DNA of 53,618 nt from an uncultured archaeon (GTDB lineage Archaea; Asgardarchaeota; Thorarchaeia; Thorarchaeales; Thorarchaeaceae), in assembly GCA_964458565.1 (NCBI GenBank), contig CAYWJO010000012.1, forward strand, positions 23,289 to 76,906, in the 5' to 3' direction. The notes under the pieces were generated by a model. It made no database searches, was not told the DNA's origin, and was given only the letters and a program-made list of their open reading frames with translations. Position numbers and translations under genes: made by a program. Below are positions 40,459 to 47,730 of the stretch, piece by piece (positions within the stretch are counted from its first letter, which is position 1; each line of letters begins with the position of its first letter).

Positions 40459-41018
40459 GTGAATGGCAGGATGGATATGAGGGCATCAAGAATGTAGACC
40501 TGGGTGTTGACCTGGAGTCACTTATCGACACCCCTGATGATGATATGGACCCTCAGACTGCTGAACTGATGGTGCTTGCCAATCTGAGCATGGATGCTAT
40601 AGAGTCCTTCGATGATGGGGATAGCTATGAATCGCTCAAGTGGGATGAGGAACTCGTGGACAGTCAACTCTGTATTGTTCCCACACGCATCTACCCGATA
40701 TCTGACCACGGGAACATCTACCTTCGTCTATGGTGTTACCTCTGTATCCTCGATGCTGACACAGAGTCTGTTGAGGTCAAGAGAGCTACGTTGCCACTCC
40801 CCTCTAGACTGAGGATGGCATTGGGAATCGATCCAGATACCTTCGTTGGAGTAAGGGCGGACCCATTGACGGATTCAAAGGTATTGATGTTCAAGACTGT
40901 CTATCACGGTCTTCAGGAGTATGAGACCGAGGGTGAGAAACGCAGGTTTCATAGATTTGGTGAAATAACACTCTTTAGAGGAGTTAGAAAGTCCGAGCAT
41001 GAAGATGACGATATATAG
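40416..41018 (+). CDS. Hypothetical acidic protein (start possibly CTG 40455)
   Basis: 200-aa ORF; GGAGGT SD at 40441 precedes an in-frame CTG. Confidence 0.65.
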   Translation: MWLHQQETGRSSILSEWQDGYEGIKNVDLGVDLESLIDTPDDDMDPQTAELMVLANLSMDAIESFDDGDSYESLKWDEELVDSQLCIVPTRIYPISDHGNIYLRLWCYLCILDADTESVEVKRATLPLPSRLRMALGIDPDTFVGVRADPLTDSKVLMFKTVYHGLQEYETEGEKRRFHRFGEITLFRGVRKSEHEDDDI

Positions 41019-41316
41019 AATGTTGATAGTTAGGTAATATAGTGTGACTCTTGATACTCCAATTCGTTTGTACAGAGATGAGAATGAGAAATTCTACTTG
41101 TGGATATCTCCAATGTGTGGGAATAGAGTTCTATGTAATGAGATTTTCGTGCTTTGCACCATTGATACTCAATTCAACACTCCCTTATCCAACCGGAGTG
41201 GATTTATTACGATGTTAATCAATACATATGTGCAGTGGGATGCGGAAAGGGAATCCTGTTTCAAACCTGAGGCATTATGCTTCAAGTCTTCTCATCATCT
41301 AATTGGAGGTAATCAT

Positions 41317-41565
41317 GTGGAAAAGTGGAAGAGTTTCGTGATTATTGGAGGGTTGGTCGGAGTCATCATCAACATGATGGCTGAAGTGTTCTATCTGATT
41401 GCTATCAATCGATTCACTGCACTTGAGGACATTGTAAACACAATTACCGACTATGCATTAATCTCGTTTGTACTAGGAATGTGGTTGAGCATTGTCATCA
41501 TTGTTGGTTTGTCTGGGTGGCTGACTGTAGAAACAAGAAAAGATCAAGCTGGAAAATCACCATAA
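41317..41565 (+). CDS. Small two-TM membrane protein
   Basis: GGAGGT SD plus GTG at 41317, inside the 41044-41565 ORF. Confidence 0.55.
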   Translation: MEKWKSFVIIGGLVGVIINMMAEVFYLIAINRFTALEDIVNTITDYALISFVLGMWLSIVIIVGLSGWLTVETRKDQAGKSP

Positions 41566-41599
41566 TCCTCAAGTACGGAAAATTCAGTCTAGATAAGGA

Positions 41600-41696
41600 G
41601 TGCCAGAGGGGATGGAGTCGTTCTGACTAGCCCCTCTGTAGGTAGGTAATTTTCAAGAAGGAGTTCGTCCTCTCCAGATATTGGAGTTTCTGGCAC
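41600..41696. ncRNA. Candidate structured element D
   Basis: GTGCCAGA/TCTGGCAC outer stem, a competing CAGAGGGG/CCCCTCTG stem and a CTCCA-GATAT-TGGAG hairpin. Confidence 0.4.
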
Positions 41697-41897
41697 AAGA
41701 AGAGTGACTCTATTCAGAGAAGGACTTAAATCAAATGCTAAACTATGTATTCAATCGGTAGGTTCCTGTTCCATGAGATTTTAGTAGACTAAAAGCACTA
41801 TGGTCAATCCTGAAAATACATCTCTCACCCAATCTTGTCATAGATCTTATTTTGAATCGTGGTGGAGAAATTCATTCATTCTCCTAGTGTCCTTGAA

Positions 41898-42007
41898 AGT
41901 GAGTGGAGCAGTCACCGAGAGATTTGTGGTAGGAGGGGGGAGTTTTTTGTATGAGGGCATGTTATCTCTTAAAAAAACATAGCTCCCGATGACTGGCTAC
42001 CACCACT
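41898..42007 (-). ncRNA. Candidate structured small RNA, copy B
   Basis: Minus-strand 13-bp stem CAGUCAUCGGGAG/CUCUCGGUGACUG with two G-U pairs, plus an outer stem. Loop motifs are identical to copy A, and a TATA-like TTTAAATTAAA lies ~20-28 nt upstream. Confidence 0.6.
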
Positions 42008-42118
42008 ATTCATTAACCAGTCCTTTAATTTAAATGCATCGGAGTAAAGTGTCTATCTCGTAATAGGGCATAAGCACCGAGACACAATATATATCAAAGC
42101 TCTATCTAATATAATATC

Positions 42119-42230
42119 GTGGTAATGAATCCGACTGAGGTTTCCAGAGACGAAACAAAGTACTTCCAGCCGATATACCCGTCTACTGAGCTATATACTT
42201 GTATTATCTAACTCAGTCTGATCCTACCAC
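42119..42230 (+). ncRNA. Candidate structured small RNA C, divergent from B
   Basis: GTGGTA/TACCAC and GACTGAG/CTCAGTC stems around a ~70-nt loop, with AATATATAT ~25-33 nt upstream. Confidence 0.45.
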
Positions 42231-42253
42231 ACATCTTTGGGAGAATGAGTGTC

Positions 42254-42367
42254 ATGTCTGAGAGAGAAGCTCAACCGCAGAGAGAGAAGCAACCTGAGAT
42301 GGGACTTGAAGAAGCCAAGAAATCTGGTCTGGTGAAGGATAAGAAGAAGAAAAAGGATAAGAAATGA
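42254..42367 (+). CDS. Candidate 37-aa Lys-tailed peptide
   Basis: MSEREAQPQREKQPEMGLEEAKKSGLVKDKKKKKDKK, with GGGAGA upstream. Confidence 0.35.
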   Translation: MSEREAQPQREKQPEMGLEEAKKSGLVKDKKKKKDKK

Positions 42368-42912
42368 AGAGTCATGACACGAATGTCTATTATCTTTGAA
42401 TCATAATAGTTGGCCGCAAGCTGCTCTTACCCGAGTCAAACTGGAGTTAGTTATGAGTTCAGAATATAAAATGTCACAACAGAATGAGTAGTTTAATTGT
42501 ATGGGTGAATGATGATATTCCAGGAGGATTCAAACTCAAGATATTGATGCATTGTTGAAGACGAATTGAATGCGAAATCTAGAAAATGATATAAAGATAA
42601 ATTGAATAAACATCAATCAGTCGATGTCCCTATGCTGGATTCATTGATTTTCACACAGTGATTTGTGTATACAGAGGGTATTAAGAATGAAGAAATATTT
42701 CCGATGTCAAATAACTTCAATGTTGCTCCTTGCAGTCATTGGTCTTCCAGTTATTGTTCAGGCACTTCCACCCCCCACCTTGCCGGGTTTCCTATCTTTA
42801 CACCTATGCATTTATACCTAATGGAAATTCCAGTTCCATTTTTTCAGTCATGAGGAAACTCTCAAAACATAAAATAATATACTGACTCCTAGGTTAAGAG
42901 AGGAGTTTCAAC

Positions 42913-44154
42913 ATGTCAAATCCTGAACGAAGTACATTAACATCGTATATACCTGAACTTGATCAGTCACACAAAATTACAACAGAACAGTCAATTGAAC
43001 TTCCATTCTGGATTCCTATCAGGTCAGGTGAGTACACATTTCCTACTCGCCAGAGAATTAAAATCCGTAATGACCTCTGGTTGGTATCAGTGGCAAATCT
43101 TGTAGACGGTACTTCAGGAACTCCATTTCAATTCGTTGTTGATGAAACTAAGGTTTCAGATGATGAATATTTAAAGGTGGTCACTGAGGGGAATGCACAT
43201 TATTATCATAAGACGAAGATGAAGACCACAGTCATCAGCAATGTCGTTCATCTTCCACCTGTTGGGATGATCACAGAAGAACCGGGTTCAGAAGAGTGGA
43301 AAAAACAGATACTTGAGGTATTACATGGCGCTGGTCAATATATGCATAATACACTTAGACTCATCAATCAGTTCATCGATTACTACTGCTCAATAATCAG
43401 TGTGAACAATCAGGCAAATGAGGTGCGTCGTGTCAGCTCTTATGAAACAATGGTTCGGTTAATAGTTAATGTCGAGAAGGATGGGGTTCATTACAGCTAT
43501 CCATCCACCTTTGCTCCGGACTTACGAATGGCCAATCTTACTCATCCACTATATCGAGTTCGGGATGATACTATTCTAGCCAAATTTCGAGAAGAGCTAG
43601 AAACCCTTGATGAGCCATCATTTCATCAATTGCAATGGGTTAAGACACTGAACCATCAGCGAGAACAACGATATCAAGAAGCTCTCCTGAGTGCATCACA
43701 GACTCTAGAGGCTCTGGTGTACAGTTACATGGATGCTAAAGGTATCAAAGAATTATCCAAGAAGGGCATGGCTGGATTCGTTATGGAACTCAGTGAACCT
43801 ATGTCACATTTCTTTTCAGAGTTCACAGAAGATGCTAAGCTGGCTAGATATCGGTCAGAAGGTGTCTGTTCTAAAGTTGCCAACCTATGGCGTCTCCGTA
43901 ATGATGTTGTCCATAATCAAAGAATCATCTCAAGACAAGATCACTACTTTATTAGTAGGGGTCTTAAGAATCTGGCAAATCTAAGACGTTTTCTCTTGCA
44001 TACAATAAATCCGAAATTGGTAGAGCTAGAGAACCAATTCAAGAAGTTCTTAGAACCTGTACTTTTCAGTCAGGAACTCAGTATGTATCCTGGTCAAGTG
44101 GTCTCTCTGGAGCATGAATGGCGTCGAGAAATAGATGATTATCAAATAGTCTAA
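42913..44154 (+). CDS. HEPN-domain protein (ApeA-like architecture), putative RNase
   Basis: C-terminal helical domain with 'EALLSASQTLEAL' and the Rx4H motif 'LRNDVVH'; GAGGAG SD. Confidence 0.6.
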   Translation: MSNPERSTLTSYIPELDQSHKITTEQSIELPFWIPIRSGEYTFPTRQRIKIRNDLWLVSVANLVDGTSGTPFQFVVDETKVSDDEYLKVVTEGNAHYYHKTKMKTTVISNVVHLPPVGMITEEPGSEEWKKQILEVLHGAGQYMHNTLRLINQFIDYYCSIISVNNQANEVRRVSSYETMVRLIVNVEKDGVHYSYPSTFAPDLRMANLTHPLYRVRDDTILAKFREELETLDEPSFHQLQWVKTLNHQREQRYQEALLSASQTLEALVYSYMDAKGIKELSKKGMAGFVMELSEPMSHFFSEFTEDAKLARYRSEGVCSKVANLWRLRNDVVHNQRIISRQDHYFISRGLKNLANLRRFLLHTINPKLVELENQFKKFLEPVLFSQELSMYPGQVVSLEHEWRREIDDYQIV

Positions 44155-44528
44155 GGAGATTAGCTTATCAAATAGACATGTGGCGAGAAAGAAAATACCA
44201 CTCGTAAAAGGTGTAAAACAAGATGAATATATTAGAGATTGTCTTGAAGATTGAGCTGGCGAGCATCCGAATAAGGAGAGGTTATATTCGATAACATTTA
44301 ATCTAGCTGAGGCATTGAGATCAGAGGTCTGCATGGTGGCTAAGTTCTCTCCTACAAGTGCCTCGAAGTTGCTTCCTGAGTATTATAAAAAATATAGAAT
44401 GAGTATCTGCACATTGGGAGGCACACACTCGTACTCAAGATGATGTCAAAAAATGGTGGGAACGTGCACCACCAAATGATGACCGGAAACGAGCTAGGAT
44501 TGACACTCATTTTGAAAAAAAGAACGCT

Positions 44529-44552
44529 ATGGAGCCTCGTGAAAGGCTCCAT
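44529..44552. terminator. Hairpin downstream of rubredoxin
   Basis: ATGGAGCCT-6nt-AGGCTCCAT. Confidence 0.5.
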
Positions 44553-44582
44553 TAGATTAATAAAATATTTATTTATTAAAAT

Positions 44583-44741
44583 CTATAGTTCAGAAAAATC
44601 TTCACGAGCCGCCCCACACATAGGACAGACCCAGTCATCTGGTAGGTCCTCGAACTTTGTACCAGCGGCAATTCCGCTATCGGGATCGCCAACGTCCTCA
44701 TCGTAGACCCATCCGCACACTAGACATTCCCATTTGGCCAT
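44583..44741 (-). CDS. Rubredoxin
   Basis: [52 protein letters not shown]: two CxxCG knuckles, 52 aa. Missing from the ORF track. Confidence 0.95.
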   Translation of the reverse strand: MAKWECLVCGWVYDEDVGDPDSGIAAGTKFEDLPDDWVCPMCGAAREDFSEL

Positions 44742-44861
44742 TGTTTCATACTCCAAATTAGGTTGTAGAATCCGATTTGGAAACCGGATTCATTCATTAC
44801 TACCGCTTTTGACTAATCGGATAAAAGGCTTCGCTTTCCGACCTTAAGCCAAGATTTGGTA

Positions 44862-47591
44862 TTATTTCTCCCAGAGAATATCGGTTTTTAGGTCCCGATG
44901 TAGCCTGGTAATGCTCCGAACATTGCTACTGATTAATTTGTATCCAACCAAGATAACAACAGCGACTCCAGCCCCAGCAACTATTATCATCACAGGTACA
45001 GTTCCTTCCCAGATAGTGTATCCTGCACCAACAGTAATCACATTGCCGGTCTGCGAGACCGTGTAGAATACAGATCCTGTCCAATAATTAACAACGCTTG
45101 GTGGAACATAGGGGTCTGGATTCCACCACGTTGTATCCCATGTAGTATAATATGAGTCCCATGTAGTATAAGTTGTGCCCCATGTAGGGTACCACGCCGT
45201 AGTGCATGTCCAATATGCGATAGTCGTTGTTGACCACCACGTTGAATATGTGGGGTAAGTTGTAGTGAAGGTCGTGTTTGCAAGGAATACTTCCGTTTGT
45301 TCGTAATCTTCAGAGGTCATAGGGATTGTTGATATATAGGTGTCTAGAGATTGGTTGAAGTATGCACAGATTGCAGGAATATCCATGTATACCCCATCTT
45401 TAGAAGCGATTACTGAATAGGTAACGGTCCAGGTCCCTCCCGGATTCAAAGAATCGTGTGTCCAGTAATAATCACCGCTTCGATCAAATGTCGGATTCAC
45501 ACCATCAAGAAGTTTGATATCATAAGCAGTTTTTGGACCAAGATTCTTCACATCAATTGTGAAAGTGACAGTTCCACCAGAACCAATACTCCTTGTGTTG
45601 GGAGTTTTGGTCACTAAGAGATATGGTTCATCCAGAAGCGATTCATCAATGTCTAACTCAAAATCTAATGATAGGGCAGCTGATGACATATCATGATACA
45701 CAATAGAATAGGTTGGGAATGTATAAGCTTCGTAATTATATACTAGAGTCATACCCATACTATCTGTGATGGCGGAACCAATGTCCATCTCCATAAATGG
45801 GGCAAAATGACTTAGAATATCACTTGTATCTATCATCTGATTTACTACACTTTTGATCTGTGTTGTATTGTCTGTGAATGCATCCATTGCATCCCAAAGA
45901 GCTTGTAAAGTAATGTCCCAGTGATCCTCCATAAATTCTGCGATTGCTTCTTTGTCAGCGAGGTCTGAGTTGATCTCAATTCCAGTAAGGTCTTCAATAA
46001 CAGCTGAAATACCTTCAATCGCAGGATTCAATGATTCTTCGAGTACTGTTGGATTAGGGTAGGTAGCATCATCCAATATGTCGAGGATGTTGTAATTGTC
46101 AAAGTACTCCAAAAATGCCTCGATAATAGCAAGTAATGGATCATCCTCAGCTACTGCTTCATCAATGTACTCTGTGAGAACAGTCGGAGTCAAACCCGCT
46201 TTCTCAAACAGGCTACCAACAAGATCAAAATTGATATCATCCATAGGATAGTACTCAGTAATCATTGAGTAATCGTAGTTCAGGATTTGCTCTCTCAAAT
46301 CGGGTGGCATACCTGGATAATCTCCCCAAAGTGATTCGATAGTAGAATCGAAGAGACCTGGATAAAGATTAGCCAGTGTTTGATAATATTGTGAAAGATA
46401 ATATGCTGGCATTTCAGTTCCTATGTATTCAATATACTCACTCAAAGGACCTCCTGAAAACATTGCAGGATACACACTATATGAAGGTGGAATATAGAAA
46501 TCCTCATCGATTACTTCCCATTCTACAGGGATTCCATTTAACGATACATCCGATGGTGCAGCAGCCGCAATCGCGGACAAACTGTTCATTGAATCGTCCT
46601 CAGCCATCTTGTTTTTAATCGCACCTGAGTAACCAACATGTGATGCTAAGGAATAGGATTCCTCTCCTACCGCTGGTGTAATGTACTCTGGAGTGTTGAA
46701 AAAGACCCCTCCCATGATTCCCGACTGTAGTACGAGGTTATAGGGATAGGCGTTGTCATCCAAGATCCTCATGTAATATCCCGAACTCGAGAGGAAATAG
46801 TCGGGATTGCTTGGTATGTAATAATTATCAACATCTGGTACTTGGATAGGGAGGTATGCTTCCACAGCATGACTGACTGCATCTGGCCAATAGGACCCCT
46901 TTAGGATGTCCATATATCCTCCAAGTTGTGATAATTCAGTTCGCAGAATTGTCATTGCATTGATGCCTGTTGGAGCTGCTGGAGAAGCAACATAGACAAT
47001 ATAGTATGTATGCAATTCTGAGTCATAGTAATAGTACGGATAGATCTGGTCATATGTTCCCAATTTCTGAAAATCCAAACCGAGTTTTGCTTCATAAACA
47101 GGTACCACTTCATCTGCTAATGAGTATGCTTCTACAAGTGTTAGGTCTGTAATTGATGTGCTTTCAGCTACTTCTATGATTCCTGATACTCTTACTCCAA
47201 GTATCGCAGTTGGAGTGCCTACTACACCATTAGGATAAACGGATCTTCCATTCATCTCAAGAAATATTGCTGAGACTGCTCCATCTTCGTATGCTAATTG
47301 ACTACTGACTATCTGTTCCAGAGTATTTGTAAATGGGTATTGATAATGAGAAGCATTTTGGATTGTCCCTATCGCATTAGATACTCCACCCCAAGGGTCT
47401 ACAGCTGTAACAATTGCTTCGATTGTCCCTACGCTTGGTGAGGCAATGTACTGTGTAGGTTGGAATGATTTTTCTAAATCCAACCCATTTGTTACCTGTT
47501 TATTTCCTAGAATCGGAACAACAAGAATTACTGTAAAGATTAGAATTGCTACGAGTTTGATTTTGTGGTTTCTCACAATCGTCCCTCTCAT
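44862..47591 (-). CDS. Large acidic surface/envelope protein with a C-terminal DUF11-like Ig domain and TM anchor
   Basis: Signal peptide, 'LLVTKT....G.TVTFTIDVKNLG...AYDI' and WEGT plus TM; paralog of the next gene. Confidence 0.75.
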   Translation of the reverse strand: MRGTIVRNHKIKLVAILIFTVILVVPILGNKQVTNGLDLEKSFQPTQYIASPSVGTIEAIVTAVDPWGGVSNAIGTIQNASHYQYPFTNTLEQIVSSQLAYEDGAVSAIFLEMNGRSVYPNGVVGTPTAILGVRVSGIIEVAESTSITDLTLVEAYSLADEVVPVYEAKLGLDFQKLGTYDQIYPYYYYDSELHTYYIVYVASPAAPTGINAMTILRTELSQLGGYMDILKGSYWPDAVSHAVEAYLPIQVPDVDNYYIPSNPDYFLSSSGYYMRILDDNAYPYNLVLQSGIMGGVFFNTPEYITPAVGEESYSLASHVGYSGAIKNKMAEDDSMNSLSAIAAAAPSDVSLNGIPVEWEVIDEDFYIPPSYSVYPAMFSGGPLSEYIEYIGTEMPAYYLSQYYQTLANLYPGLFDSTIESLWGDYPGMPPDLREQILNYDYSMITEYYPMDDINFDLVGSLFEKAGLTPTVLTEYIDEAVAEDDPLLAIIEAFLEYFDNYNILDILDDATYPNPTVLEESLNPAIEGISAVIEDLTGIEINSDLADKEAIAEFMEDHWDITLQALWDAMDAFTDNTTQIKSVVNQMIDTSDILSHFAPFMEMDIGSAITDSMGMTLVYNYEAYTFPTYSIVYHDMSSAALSLDFELDIDESLLDEPYLLVTKTPNTRSIGSGGTVTFTIDVKNLGPKTAYDIKLLDGVNPTFDRSGDYYWTHDSLNPGGTWTVTYSVIASKDGVYMDIPAICAYFNQSLDTYISTIPMTSEDYEQTEVFLANTTFTTTYPTYSTWWSTTTIAYWTCTTAWYPTWGTTYTTWDSYYTTWDTTWWNPDPYVPPSVVNYWTGSVFYTVSQTGNVITVGAGYTIWEGTVPVMIIVAGAGVAVVILVGYKLISSNVRSITRLHRDLKTDILWEK

Positions 47592-47693
47592 CCACTGAAG
47601 GCAGGCCAGGTACCTTCAATTGTTAACTTTAGTATGGGGATAATTGGATATAATAATGTCGTTTCCAGAAATCGATTGAAAAAAAGAGAGAAG

Positions 47694-47717
47694 AACCCAC
47701 GCTTGGCGGCGTGGGTT
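47694..47717 (-). terminator. Hairpin plus U-tract after the 47731-50196 gene
   Basis: AACCCACGC..GCGTGGGTT followed on the minus strand by CTTCTCTCTTTTTTT. Confidence 0.55.
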
Positions 47718-47730
47718 TTAGATACTGTAA

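Noticed and set aside
42135-42156. Hammerhead-ribozyme-like CTGAGG...GAAAC
   Set aside because: The core should be CUGANGA. Here it is CUGAGGU, the CUGAG is used in the long closing stem, and no stem I/III with a cleavage triplet was found.
37456-42230. CRISPR array or SECIS elements
   Set aside because: There are no regularly spaced direct repeats and no cas genes. No in-frame TGA selenoprotein candidate was found upstream, and the large loops do not fit a SECIS fold.
41600-42840. Replication origin (ORB-like TTCCAG words and G-strings)
   Set aside because: There is no full ORB consensus repeat and no cdc6/orc1 nearby. Strand-specific G-U-compensated stems fit RNA better. This is not fully excluded.
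44160-44555. Possible gene after the HEPN ORF
   Set aside because: Only short interrupted frames are present. It may be a decayed remnant, but no family is recognisable.
44440-44706. 88-aa plus-strand ORF
   Set aside because: It overlaps the real minus-strand rubredoxin gene.
45085-45345. Diversity-generating retroelement variable region
   Set aside because: No template repeat or reverse transcriptase is present in the window.
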